This document shows positions 39,667 to 49,712 of a stretch of 64,000 nucleotides of DNA, one piece after another. The notes under the pieces were generated by a model, which did no database searches, was not told the origin of the DNA, and worked only from the letters and a program-made list of their open reading frames with translations. Positions within the stretch are counted from its first letter, which is position 1. Each line of letters begins with the position of its first letter. Source of the DNA: an uncultured virus (IMG/VR IMGVR_UViG_2687453178_000004) (Duplodnaviria > Heunggongvirae > Uroviricota > Caudoviricetes); IMG/VR virus record IMGVR_UViG_2687453178_000004. One strand, given 5' to 3'. The position numbers were made by a program, and so were the translations under genes.

Positions 39667-40779
39667 CTAATCTAGAGCTATCACCGCTTGAGCTAGGAAC
39701 TCTTCAACCTTCTCTGGCGACATATTGGCAAGTGATTGCTCAAGCGCTAGTGCGTCTTGATTCAACAATGCCTGATTGGCTGCCGCCGTAGTGTCCAGTG
39801 AAGAACCACCTAGACTAGACGGTGAATTAGGTACAACGGTTTGTTTTTCTGCCGTTTGTTGAGGTTGCTGCTGGCCTTGCTCGGCTTGTTTCTGTGCCTT
39901 TTCAGCATCAATTGACGCTTGAACCGGATCACCGAAAGCGGCCTTCACTCGGCGTTGCACTTCTGCAAAGCGTTCTTTTAGTGGCATGGCTTGGAACGCT
40001 GGATCATTCTTGAGCTTGTTGTCGATAACTAGGGCCATATCCCAACGGTCACGGTCACTCGATTCCCAAGTGCGAAGTTCTGTTAGTTCGTCAGCGTTTA
40101 GCGCGTTAGTAACTTCGTTAACTCCGTCATTGGCTTCTTGTTGAGTGGTCGCAGCCTTACTTTGAAAACGCTTAACTAGCGCCGTTAGTAAATTTGCTGC
40201 CGTTTCTGGCAACTCATCACGCAGCGCATTGAGCGCATTTTCATCGTTCAGCAATTCTTCAGGTAGCTTTTCAGGCGTAATGCCAGCTTCTTCTAATTGC
40301 TTGGTGTATAGCTGTAGTTTTTCCTTGGCGGTTGTAGCTTCACTTAACTGTTGCTCTAGCTCCTGCATACGGCTTGACGCTTCGCTCGCCTGATTGCGAG
40401 CCTTTTCTAGAACTGCATAAGGAATCGTATGTTTACCGTCCTTACTTGCTACCGCTGCATTGTCTGGATCAACTTCAATGTAGAGCTTGCCGTCAATCTC
40501 TCGAACCCCAATGCTATCTTTGGCCGCATTCGTTTTAGGCTCTTGGCCCTGTTCTGATTTATCTAGGTTGGCGTCACCTTTTGGCTGAGTAGTGTCAATA
40601 ACACTTGGTAGTGCCTCATCTTCCTCGCCTACGCCCATTTCGTTATCAGTCGAATGGTTGTCTTGGTCATTTTCACCGCTGAGAACGCCCAAATCGTCAT
40701 CTAGGTCAATTTCATCTAGCAGTGCGTCAATGTCTTCGACGTTGCCAGTTAATAGTGCTTGGTCAAGTTCTATAGTCAT
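39667..40779 (-). CDS. Scaffolding protein
   Basis: Acidic coiled coil with SKDGKHTIPY; lies before the capsid gene; GAGGGG RBS before ATG 40779. Confidence 0.75.
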   Translation of the reverse strand: MTIELDQALLTGNVEDIDALLDEIDLDDDLGVLSGENDQDNHSTDNEMGVGEEDEALPSVIDTTQPKGDANLDKSEQGQEPKTNAAKDSIGVREIDGKLYIEVDPDNAAVASKDGKHTIPYAVLEKARNQASEASSRMQELEQQLSEATTAKEKLQLYTKQLEEAGITPEKLPEELLNDENALNALRDELPETAANLLTALVKRFQSKAATTQQEANDGVNEVTNALNADELTELRTWESSDRDRWDMALVIDNKLKNDPAFQAMPLKERFAEVQRRVKAAFGDPVQASIDAEKAQKQAEQGQQQPQQTAEKQTVVPNSPSSLGGSSLDTTAAANQALLNQDALALEQSLANMSPEKVEEFLAQAVIALD

Positions 40780-40986
40780 AATCCCCTCATGTGCGCTTAT
40801 CGCTGCGCTTGCGTTTGGTTTGTGCTTATCGCCGCACTTGCGAACAAGAAAGCCAGCTAACGCAATCGCGCTAACTGGCTTTTTTATGTTCTCGTGTTGC
40901 GTTAGTTTTTCGCCGCACACTCAATTTGCTGATAAATGTACCACAAATTTACGAATGCAAACTAAAAATTAACGCTCGATGATTAT

Positions 40987-41472
40987 CTAGGCGTAACGAG
41001 TCTCACCTGATTTAGTAAACAACAGGATTGCATTCTCTGGTGCATCTTCTGGTAAGTTGAACACATCCAAGTGCAACCAGCTCACACCTTCTTCCATTCT
41101 CGTTAGATAAGGGAATCGGTCTTTGTGTTTAATAATCAAATCACGCAACTCTTGAGCCGTGTAATGATTACTAATCAAATCAACAGCTTGCCCTCTGCCA
41201 TGCGCAGAGAATGGAGTGAAATGTTTGTCACTCGCAAGTCGCAAACCTGAGTAACCACGAGATCCACCAGCTTTCCAGTTGTTACAGATAAGCGCCGCTT
41301 TCTTCGGATCGATTTCACTAAGCAGCGTTCGCAGCTCATCAATAGTGATCAGCAATCGAGCATCCATACCAAGCATGGCCTTTTCACCACGGGCCTGATA
41401 AGCAGCTTTGCTCACAAGTTCCCAAGTCTTGAACCATTTAGGTTGATAGCTTCTTAGTCGTTTGTCATACAT
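40987..41472 (-). CDS. Endolysin, peptidase M15-like
   Basis: SGLR, SAHGRGQAVD and WLHLD zinc-ligand motifs. Confidence 0.75.
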   Translation of the reverse strand: MYDKRLRSYQPKWFKTWELVSKAAYQARGEKAMLGMDARLLITIDELRTLLSEIDPKKAALICNNWKAGGSRGYSGLRLASDKHFTPFSAHGRGQAVDLISNHYTAQELRDLIIKHKDRFPYLTRMEEGVSWLHLDVFNLPEDAPENAILLFTKSGETRYA

Positions 41473-41498
41473 GGCTTTTCTCTCCAAACAATTACGTC

Positions 41499-41816
41499 TT
41501 ATGCGCTCATCTTTCTGTAAGCTTCTAGCTTGTAGATCTCTTCGAATGTGTTGTTAAAACTCACTTGTCGGCCAATCTGGTCACGCCAGTTTTCAGGGTC
41601 TATACAAGTTGCTGGTTTACCAACAACAACAAAGCCGCCTTTCATCTTGATACCGCAATACATGAATTTATTACCTGCAAGCGTGACGGTTTGAAAATCA
41701 ATCTCTTCAATTCGATCAACAATGTCTTGAGGCTTTACACGTTTGCCAGTGCAACCTAGCACTTCCATCATTTCTTGAATTTCAGTATTCGGCTTAAACT
41801 CGGCTGGTAATTTCAT
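41499..41816 (-). CDS. Gp49-family phage protein
   Basis: GFVVVG..TCIDPENW...IGR and YKLEAY motifs. Confidence 0.7.
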   Translation of the reverse strand: MKLPAEFKPNTEIQEMMEVLGCTGKRVKPQDIVDRIEEIDFQTVTLAGNKFMYCGIKMKGGFVVVGKPATCIDPENWRDQIGRQVSFNNTFEEIYKLEAYRKMSA

Positions 41817-41820
41817 TTAC

Positions 41821-42333
41821 TTACTTCCCCCACTTCATAAACTTCATTGGTTGCTTTGTTCGACCTAAGCACTGCATCATCGTTGAGCCTAGCCAAAACA
41901 CGATAGCCGTTGAGAACGCGCCCATTACCTGACCTGCGATCATGATAATTAGTTGCTCGTATGATTTTGGAACCGTCCACCAAAACAATGAGCAAAACAT
42001 ACCTGACACCATGACACACAAGATCAGAGTTAACGCTGAAGGCATCCAGTGATCGCCGTGTGCGTCTCTCGCGTCTTGTGTGTCTGTTAGCTGCATAGAT
42101 AACTGGTTAAGCGCCATTTCTTGCAACTTAACTGCGTGTTGATTCTGAAACTCAATAATCTTTGTTAGAGCTTCAGGGTTTTCTATCAGCTCTTTGATAA
42201 CGGCGTCCGGTGTATCTTTGACACCAAGAACGCCAGCGATCAGAGTACCTATTGTTTTACCAGTGGCACCGCCAAGTAATGAACCAACCAAAGGGGCGGA
42301 TTCGCCCACAATGTTTTTAACTTGTTCCCACAC
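41821..42333 (-). CDS. Putative holin (3TM type)
   Basis: APLVGSLLGG, DTQDARD, two C-terminal TM helices, FWLGS. Confidence 0.7.
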   Translation of the reverse strand: MWEQVKNIVGESAPLVGSLLGGATGKTIGTLIAGVLGVKDTPDAVIKELIENPEALTKIIEFQNQHAVKLQEMALNQLSMQLTDTQDARDAHGDHWMPSALTLILCVMVSGMFCSLFWWTVPKSYEQLIIMIAGQVMGAFSTAIVFWLGSTMMQCLGRTKQPMKFMKWGK

Positions 42334-42352
42334 TTCTAGTTACCTCTTACAT

Positions 42353-44458
42353 TTAGATTTGAAGGTTTAGCAATTGCTGGTCGATGTTCGCTAATATTGC
42401 ATTAACTGTGCTATCTGCTTGTGCTTTGACTTCTGCGACCTCCTGTAAAACTTTCGCAGTTTCGGCCTCAACCTTGTTGTCTTTAACGTCTTGGCTTTCT
42501 GCGTCACGTTGTAGTTTGGCAATCTTGGCCTGCAGTTCTTCAACCTTGGCCGCGCCTAAAGCAACCTCGTTTTGTAGCTGCTGCATTTGAATTTCAGCCA
42601 TTTCTTGCTGCTTGCGTTGTTCTTCCTGCATAGCTGCTTGTTCTTCTGGCGTCATATCTTCCGGCGCTTTTGGAATGTTTAGAGTTTGTCTGATACGGTT
42701 CAGGATCTCTTGCTTGTTAGGTACATCCATTAACTCGATAACCATATCTAGCGTTGCCATTTGAATTTGTGGTGGCAACTGAGCAACTAGCGCGGTTAGT
42801 TGTTGAGCCATTTGAGCGCGGAATGTAGCAGTTTGCTGGATTGGAGCTTGAGCAATATGACCTTTCCAACGCTTAACGTCGTTGGTCACTGTGCCGTCGT
42901 CATTGGTCACGTTTAGGTGAATGACTTTGCGCTTATGAGCGTCTTGCTTGTTGACCGTTACAGCGATATTGCTTTGCTTCGCTAGGTCTTCGATTAGGTA
43001 GGCCATCAACAGATCAGCCACTCGTGTTCTCGAATAGTGATAGTTGTCATTGATCTCTGCTAGCGTAGTCGCGCCTTGTTCTACTAGCGAGTTAATAGCA
43101 ACTCCGCTGGTGGCTGAAGAGTCTTGGCCCAACATTGCATTGTAGATACCAGCAACGTCTTGGATTTGCTTCATTGAGTCCTGCATAACAGTAAACTGCT
43201 GACTCGCAATATTGAAATCTTGCTGAATCTGGATAGCTTCGCTTATTGATTTCTTGTTCTTGCGATCAGGGTTTAACTCAATGTAACCGTCTGCGCGTTC
43301 GACCTCTTCTAGCAAGTCCTCGCGGCTCATATTGGTTGCGTCTTGGTCTGCAATGACACGTTTAGCTTGTAGCAACCACGTAAGCTTCATACGACGATAG
43401 TTGATCTCATCTTGAGCACTAATCATTCGGCTTACAACGCCGTAAGGTTGGCCGGATTTATCCATTCGATAACCGAAGAACGGAACAATTGGAAAGTATC
43501 CGTTCGGTGCAACAGATTTACGATCAACAATTCTATGGATACCAACAAACCACGCTTCGCGTACTGCTGACCATGTAGCAATTCGTGGTTTAAATGTACC
43601 CATTTTTACGCCAACGGCTTGAGCGATATTATTTGGGTTGTATTCAACTGTTCGGCCATTCTTTAGGTCGATGACATAACCACGTCTAAATGTGCGGTAG
43701 TAGATTACCTGTAAGCAAATACGGCCACGCGCCTGATCTAACCATTCAGACGTATTTCGATCCCAACTCTCAAATTCATGGTAAGCAGCAAGCAAATCTT
43801 GGTCTTGCTCTTCGTAGCTTTCAAGGTTTGCAAAGTCTTCCCAATTATTCATTGCTTGGCGAATGATTTCGGCGTGTTCAGGGAAATGAGCAATAGCTTC
43901 GTCCACATCCACCCAACGTTTACGCAGCAACCATCGAGCATCAGACAAGTCAGCCTCTTGAGCGTTCCAGTCCCACCACATTTCCTGACGACGAACTGGC
44001 TTGATGTTGTAGCTACCGCCATAGAAAGGATCGTCATTTCTGGTAACTTCTACCCAACCAATACCAGCTTTGATTTGTGAAGCGTAAGCGTCGGCGTTGG
44101 CGCGATCAGCTCGTGCAAGTCGCCACGCATCTTTAAATTTCTCCTGAAGCGCGTCGCGTAGCTCTTCGCCGTCATCGTCATCGGCTGCAAGCACAAGATC
44201 AGTTCGTGTTCTTGCTTCCATACCTAAAACGGCATCAATAGCTGGCGCTATTAGGTTATTGATAATGACCGGCTGTCCACGTTCTTCGTAGACTTGTTTT
44301 ACTTCCGGCGCTAGTTGGTTGTTGTCGTAGTAATCACAACACTTTTGCGCTAGGTCGCGCCAGTTTGGTTGTGCTTCCACGTTTGAGACTAATCGGCGTA
44401 ATTGAGCAAGGTTAAAGCCCTTGCCGTCATGCTCCGCATGGTCTTCATTCCAAGCCAT
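42353..44458 (-). CDS. Portal protein
   Basis: RGQPVIINNLIAPAIDAVLG, GIGWVEV, FPIVPF..PYGVV and QDEINYR motifs; Q-rich barrel. Confidence 0.9.
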   Translation of the reverse strand: MAWNEDHAEHDGKGFNLAQLRRLVSNVEAQPNWRDLAQKCCDYYDNNQLAPEVKQVYEERGQPVIINNLIAPAIDAVLGMEARTRTDLVLAADDDDGEELRDALQEKFKDAWRLARADRANADAYASQIKAGIGWVEVTRNDDPFYGGSYNIKPVRRQEMWWDWNAQEADLSDARWLLRKRWVDVDEAIAHFPEHAEIIRQAMNNWEDFANLESYEEQDQDLLAAYHEFESWDRNTSEWLDQARGRICLQVIYYRTFRRGYVIDLKNGRTVEYNPNNIAQAVGVKMGTFKPRIATWSAVREAWFVGIHRIVDRKSVAPNGYFPIVPFFGYRMDKSGQPYGVVSRMISAQDEINYRRMKLTWLLQAKRVIADQDATNMSREDLLEEVERADGYIELNPDRKNKKSISEAIQIQQDFNIASQQFTVMQDSMKQIQDVAGIYNAMLGQDSSATSGVAINSLVEQGATTLAEINDNYHYSRTRVADLLMAYLIEDLAKQSNIAVTVNKQDAHKRKVIHLNVTNDDGTVTNDVKRWKGHIAQAPIQQTATFRAQMAQQLTALVAQLPPQIQMATLDMVIELMDVPNKQEILNRIRQTLNIPKAPEDMTPEEQAAMQEEQRKQQEMAEIQMQQLQNEVALGAAKVEELQAKIAKLQRDAESQDVKDNKVEAETAKVLQEVAEVKAQADSTVNAILANIDQQLLNLQI

Positions 44459-44469
44459 AAATTCTCCCC

Positions 44470-46263
44470 TCACTTAGTACGCCAATCGCTTGATCGCTTG
44501 GTGCGTGGCTGTAACTTGGTCATGGTTCTAGGCATTCGAACAACCATTTCTAGCGCAATCGCATAGCTCATCACTTGGTCATCAAATGCGCCTTCAATTG
44601 CGTTCATGCTTCCTTTGGAGTCATAAACGTAGGTATTCAGCTCTGTAACTGTCCCGATCCATCGAATGCCCGACGTATTATTGCGCAATTGCTCATTTAA
44701 GTTTGAAATAATTATCGGCTTGGATTTACGAGTGGTAAGCCAGCCTAATCGCCCTGTTTCTTCGTCCTCATCTTCCTTGTCATGGTGTTCTTCTTGGTAG
44801 ATTCTGGATATTGGATAGATATCGCGTAGAACGTTTAAAACGGCGTGGCCGTGGTTGTTTCGTTCTGGCGCAGCGTAGGCCGCTCTACCGTTTTTACCTG
44901 CGTACATCTTGCCAATGATTGCGATAATCTTTGCAAACTGATCTGTGTCGATATGACCAAACCAATGAGCGACTTGATTGCCAGTTTCGTCCAGCACATC
45001 AATTGAACCTCTGTCCCCATGTTCCAGACCTTCCGCAACGTCAGCGCCAAGGGCGTAATCCTTTTCTGGATCAGGCAATTCCCAAATAAGCAAATAGCCC
45101 TGTAGTCCGTTCTGCATGTTCTCGCTTTTACCTTCACGGTTTACGCTATCTCGAACATCAAACATTGCGCCTGTCTCTGGATTAACGTCATAGACAAGCA
45201 ACGGCTTGGAGCAAGCTGACTCCGCAGCCATACAGGAAGGAGCGCTAAATACACGACGGCCTGACGTTAAGAACGCCTCTTGTGGTGTACTTGGATACTC
45301 TTGTTTTGTGTACTCTTCGTAGTGGTTATAGGTTTCGACATACCACTGCTTTTGCTCATCCGTTAACGGTCTACCCAAGTGACGGCTCACGAATGGCTCA
45401 ATCGACTTAAAGTATTCAATAAAGTATTTGGATAGCTTCAATCCGCCTAATGGCAATGGTGAGTAATATCTAGGATGAGTGAACCAAGGAATGAATCTAA
45501 AGTGAAAGTCTTTAGCACCCAACTTCACTCCGCTATGTGCTCGTTCCTCGGCTTTCTTACACAACTCAAAAAAGAGTCCTGCCGCGCCTTCTGCCGTCGA
45601 TTCAATAAAGAGTTTGCAACCTTCGTGAACAGTAGGCATCGAACCTGTTTGGATCTCTTTGGCCTTTTGTGGGTAACCTGCACAAATACGGCCCAACTCT
45701 GAAATATGTAGAAACTGCAACGTACCGGAACGGAATGACGTTGCAACACGGATTCGTGAACCATTGGAAAAACTGAGTCGGCCACCGTTAGCGCCACCCG
45801 CTCGTTGAACTACACGAATGCGAGAACGCAAGTAATTAGGCAAATTGTTATATGGAAAGACAACCTTTGTCTGGAAGATAGCGCCAGCACTTTCCAAATC
45901 CTGCGCGATAATACCTGCGGCATAGTTCTTATTGAATAAACACGAGTCCAGCGCGTACAAGTCGATAAAGGTACTAAAGCCCAACTGACGCGCTTTGAGA
46001 ATCAATTCAAAGGTATGGGCTGTTTCAAAGAGATCTCTCTGAGCGTCACGCATTCGAAACGTGACAACGCGACCTTTATCATTCTCTATCTTGTAAAGGT
46101 TGTTTAAGCGCCATTCCTTACAGGTCATATAGTTCCTGAAGTAACGGCGCTTCTCTGGCCGTGAAAGCGCTTTGAATTGCTGATCGGTAAGCGCTGGCAT
46201 AACTAGGTTTATGCCACGGCCATTAATAGAATCCTTATACGGCTGAATACCATCATTCATCAT
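44470..46263 (-). CDS. terL: Terminase large subunit
   Basis: ILKARQLGFST, LHISE, IESTAEG, LGADVAEG and FDDQVMSYAIA motifs. Confidence 0.92.
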   Translation of the reverse strand: MMNDGIQPYKDSINGRGINLVMPALTDQQFKALSRPEKRRYFRNYMTCKEWRLNNLYKIENDKGRVVTFRMRDAQRDLFETAHTFELILKARQLGFSTFIDLYALDSCLFNKNYAAGIIAQDLESAGAIFQTKVVFPYNNLPNYLRSRIRVVQRAGGANGGRLSFSNGSRIRVATSFRSGTLQFLHISELGRICAGYPQKAKEIQTGSMPTVHEGCKLFIESTAEGAAGLFFELCKKAEERAHSGVKLGAKDFHFRFIPWFTHPRYYSPLPLGGLKLSKYFIEYFKSIEPFVSRHLGRPLTDEQKQWYVETYNHYEEYTKQEYPSTPQEAFLTSGRRVFSAPSCMAAESACSKPLLVYDVNPETGAMFDVRDSVNREGKSENMQNGLQGYLLIWELPDPEKDYALGADVAEGLEHGDRGSIDVLDETGNQVAHWFGHIDTDQFAKIIAIIGKMYAGKNGRAAYAAPERNNHGHAVLNVLRDIYPISRIYQEEHHDKEDEDEETGRLGWLTTRKSKPIIISNLNEQLRNNTSGIRWIGTVTELNTYVYDSKGSMNAIEGAFDDQVMSYAIALEMVVRMPRTMTKLQPRTKRSSDWRTK

Positions 46264-47170
46264 CGTTCAACACTCCACCTTTATCTTTGAAGCGCTGAAT
46301 GATTTCATCGTCATCCAAATCTTGAACTTCATCTAGCAACATACCTAGGTCATCATCGTCGCCTAGACCTTCACGTTGTTTCTGGTCGAGATCATGACGA
46401 GCAAGCGCAGCTTGAGCCTTAGCCTTGTCAGTATTCGCTTCGGCCAACGCAATGCCTTTGCGTTTAAGGTTGGTATCAACTTCGACTTGTGTGGTTTGAG
46501 CGATAACCTTGCTTATTGCTCGATTGGTTAATCGACGGTTCGCCATTTGGCCCTCTAAATACTCAAGCTTTCCGGTGTGGTGGCAAACCATGCCAAAACT
46601 CGACTCGATTCGTTTCTCAAGTCGGTCAATAAACTCCTGCTCTAGTTCTGTAGGTTTATCGCCACGTTCTTCCAGCTCTTTGAGGAAGTCAGCTAATTCA
46701 TCTTTGTATTGCGTGTAGCACTCAAGCGCCTGAAGAGCGGCAAGCTTATGCACTTCTAACTTAAATTCGTCATCGACTTGATGAGAGTATTTAACTAGGT
46801 TGCCAAATGCTTTAGTCATCAAGCCATGCACGAAAGCGTTGCTATTTCCCTTTGGAGCGCCAGCGCCAGCTCGACGGCCACCGTGTCCATTTTTGGCACT
46901 TGATTGATTCGCGGTTTTCTTGCGTTTGATTTTGGTTTTGGGCGGAGTGATCCCTTTGGGTTGTAATTTTTCGCCCTGAACTTCTTCGTTGTTCGCGTTC
47001 TGTTCGCTTGGTTTGTTCTCTTTTCTCTGTAACAGTTTGTTATTTAAGTATTTTCTTGCTGTGGAGTAGACTAAACCATTGCGAACACAAAACGTCTTAA
47101 CGTCAACGCCAGTTTCTTCGTATTCGCTAAGGTATTGTTTTTTAATGCGTTCCCAATTAATTCTCGCCAC
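46253..47170 (-). CDS. terS: Terminase small subunit
   Basis: N-terminal HTH; GAPKGNSNAFVHG; directly upstream of terL. Confidence 0.8.
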   Translation of the reverse strand: MARINWERIKKQYLSEYEETGVDVKTFCVRNGLVYSTARKYLNNKLLQRKENKPSEQNANNEEVQGEKLQPKGITPPKTKIKRKKTANQSSAKNGHGGRRAGAGAPKGNSNAFVHGLMTKAFGNLVKYSHQVDDEFKLEVHKLAALQALECYTQYKDELADFLKELEERGDKPTELEQEFIDRLEKRIESSFGMVCHHTGKLEYLEGQMANRRLTNRAISKVIAQTTQVEVDTNLKRKGIALAEANTDKAKAQAALARHDLDQKQREGLGDDDDLGMLLDEVQDLDDDEIIQRFKDKGGVLNDDE

Positions 47171-47208
47171 TTCTCTAACTCCGAGTGTTCAATTGCGTCA
47201 ACATATTA

Positions 47209-47643
47209 TCACTGTTCAGTGTTCATTGTTTTCGTTCGAGGATCAAAGGCACGTTCTAACCAGCCTCTAAGCTGGCCTAAGTTGTCCGATGCAATCTCAA
47301 TAACAATCCAGCCTAAAAGCTGCGCTTCGTTCATCTTCTCTCTGTCGTTTGCAAAGCCAACGCCGCGAGTGTGACGCCCATTTGAATGAGTACCGCCGTG
47401 AACCTCCAAGGCAATCTTTAAGTCGGGCCAAGCGTAATCCATTCGCCATTTGCGAGTCGGATGAAATAGAACTTCAGTTTGATATGGTGGCAAGCCGATA
47501 AGGTTGCGCTGAACACGCGCATGTAGCTTCTGGTAAGCCTTGCTAATGTCCCTTTGCTGTTTGGTCGGTGTTTTGGCTTGGCTTTCGATAAAAGCCTTTC
47601 CTAAGTGTCTGACGGGGATATAAACGGCCATATCTGTTCTCAC
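47209..47643 (-). CDS. PD-(D/E)XK endonuclease (DUF559/Vsr-like)
   Basis: FHPTRKWRMDYAWP..KIALEVHGG and DREKMNEAQLLGW motifs. Confidence 0.75.
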   Translation of the reverse strand: MRTDMAVYIPVRHLGKAFIESQAKTPTKQQRDISKAYQKLHARVQRNLIGLPPYQTEVLFHPTRKWRMDYAWPDLKIALEVHGGTHSNGRHTRGVGFANDREKMNEAQLLGWIVIEIASDNLGQLRGWLERAFDPRTKTMNTEQ

Positions 47644-47672
47644 TTGTGAACTTTATGACACGAATGATAACA

Positions 47673-47701
47673 AAAAAGCCAGCATTAAAGCTGGCTTGTT
47701 T
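47673..47701 (-). terminator. Rho-independent terminator
   Basis: AAAAAAGCCAGC-ATTAAA-GCTGGCTT. Confidence 0.65.
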
Positions 47702-47723
47702 AGTTTAAATATATTTTCGAGGA

Positions 47724-47849
47724 TTATTTTTTATCTTTAAATACACCTCGTTTACGAGCGATGAATGCACCCATAAAAAGAATGGCAAAGTATTCCACGG
47801 CTATTAAGATGCAATTGAACATTTCTTGAGTCATTGCTTCAGCGTTCAT
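47724..47849 (-). CDS. 41-aa single-TM protein (not in ORF track)
   Basis: GGAGG RBS; MNAEAMTQEMFNCILIAVEYFAILFMGAFIARKRGVFKDKK. Confidence 0.6.
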   Translation of the reverse strand: MNAEAMTQEMFNCILIAVEYFAILFMGAFIARKRGVFKDKK

Positions 47850-47873
47850 GCTAACAACCTCCCGAACAAATAA

Positions 47874-48464
47874 TTACTCTACATCTACATGGTTCATGTG
47901 GAACTCAATCAGATATTCCTCATCTTCTTGGTAGAACTGCAAAGAGTAGTCTGAGCGTTCGATACATTTGAATTTGCTGTTCTCTTCCATATCCGGCGCG
48001 TAAAAGTCGTATTTCTTGTTTAGGAATGCTTTCACTCTTTCTTTGCTAGAGAAGTAATTAGTATGCGTTGATAGCGGTTCACCTCGCTTAGTAGAAACGC
48101 GCACCACTTCATAGATAGTAATGCCTTGGCGGTATTCTGGACGCTCACACTCAAACACTTCTAGGCGGTTTTGCTTCCAAGCAAGGGCTTTGATTGCGTT
48201 ACCCTTAACGGCTTCCAATGCTTCACGCGCTTCGTTCTCTGAATCCCAAGAACCACACCAGCAGTAAGCAATGTCTAAGCAATCTTGTTGGATTGGTGAC
48301 GCTTCGTTGTAGAAGTTACAAACGGCCTTTGCAGTTGCCTCAACGCCAGATTTAGAAAGATTCATTAGTAGATTGCCTGTTTGCGCCACCAGCTCTTTAA
48401 GATCAGCAATAGCAGCAGTAGCCAGTTTGATTTGTTTTTCTTTTAAGTTGGTCATTTTGGTCAT
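47874..48464 (-). CDS. Hypothetical phage protein
   Basis: GAGG RBS before MTKMTNLK. Confidence 0.6.
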   Translation of the reverse strand: MTKMTNLKEKQIKLATAAIADLKELVAQTGNLLMNLSKSGVEATAKAVCNFYNEASPIQQDCLDIAYCWCGSWDSENEAREALEAVKGNAIKALAWKQNRLEVFECERPEYRQGITIYEVVRVSTKRGEPLSTHTNYFSSKERVKAFLNKKYDFYAPDMEENSKFKCIERSDYSLQFYQEDEEYLIEFHMNHVDVE

Positions 48465-48602
48465 CCTCGTGTCGAAAGGTGCAATTTTGTTTGCATGTAA
48501 AATATAGCTCCGTTGTTTTCGTTTGTAAACAAAAGACACGAACGAAAACAAAATATTTTTTGAGGATGATCAAAAAAGGCCGCTATTGCGACCTTTAGGC
48601 AT

Positions 48603-48630
48603 AAAAAAACCGCCTCGAAAGGCGGCTTTT
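48603..48630. terminator. Terminator of the TA operon
   Basis: AAAAAAACCGCC-TCGAA-AGGCGGCTTTT. Confidence 0.7.
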
Positions 48631-48641
48631 AATCATCAGTT

Positions 48642-48977
48642 TTATAAGAACCGGATGCAGTAGTCCACTAGGGTTTTCTGCAAATCTTGCTTATCACTAA
48701 TCAAAACCATGGCGTAAACCGTATCTGTCGCATCGTCGTATTGATAGATAAGTTTGAACCCATCAAAACTAAACTGACGAAAGTGATACACTCCAAGCTG
48801 AGTTAGCTCATAACAAGCCGGATATATGGCCGGATTGCTCTCAACGTTCTGCTCGAACGTCTCAATCAAAGTTTCAATTCTCTCTACTACGCTAGTGGAA
48901 TCATTCCATTGTGAGTAGTAGTCAATACGTTCTTCTGCTGTGTTAGCGAACGTTTCCGTATAAACAACATTGGCCAT
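48642..48977 (-). CDS. RelE/ParE family toxin
   Basis: VVYTETF and FRQ...GFKLIY motifs; downstream of an antitoxin. Confidence 0.75.
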   Translation of the reverse strand: MANVVYTETFANTAEERIDYYSQWNDSTSVVERIETLIETFEQNVESNPAIYPACYELTQLGVYHFRQFSFDGFKLIYQYDDATDTVYAMVLISDKQDLQKTLVDYCIRFL

Positions 48978-48989
48978 CTTATGGTCACC

Positions 48990-49232
48990 TTATGATTTCT
49001 TGGCGGCCAACCTCTCCTTAAACGAACTCGATGACATTGTGCGACCTTGGGCTACGTCCTTGCTACTGATAGTAACAAGCTTCATCAAGGCTACTGCTTG
49101 ATCGCGCTTTAGTCGTTCTTCGTATGATTCCACCACATAAATCGGCTTACCGTTTTGTGTGATCGTCATCGCTTCATCTAGCGGGAGATCGGCTGCATTT
49201 TTCTTTAAGTAGCTTACCGTCTCAGTGCGCAT
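48990..49232 (-). CDS. Phd/YefM family antitoxin
   Basis: ETVSYLKKNAADL and ITQNGKPIYVVESYE motifs. Confidence 0.88.
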   Translation of the reverse strand: MRTETVSYLKKNAADLPLDEAMTITQNGKPIYVVESYEERLKRDQAVALMKLVTISSKDVAQGRTMSSSSFKERLAAKKS

Positions 49233-49712
49233 GGTTCTTCCTTCGGTATAAGGGCGAGTAAACCAGCTAAATTTAAAAATTAGTCTGGGATCATTTGTTT
49301 GCGTTACTAACTATACACCAAAACCGAGATTAGTCCAAATTTAAACTAAATTTAGTTTACGCCCAACTCGGATTGTTCGATTAAGCGCTCTTTATGCTTA
49401 TTAACCATAAAAACGACTACTTGAAAGAGCTTTTGCAATAGGCATTGCAAACTCATTTATGCCCCATTGTTGGTTATCACTGAAGCGAATTAACTTCATC
49501 TGGATGAAAGTCTCCCTTGCCGACAGCTATCCAAGGTAGTCGAAGTAAGCTTTTTAAACTATCCGTCATTTTGCAATTCAATATCCATCACCTCTCATTA
49601 ACCTATTGATTATCAATTGAACTGTAATTGGAAAGATTGCATGATAGGAGTATGGAAGGCGGCTAAAATCCGTATAGAAAGCGTTAGCTTAAATCATTAA
49701 CAAGGATGTGTA

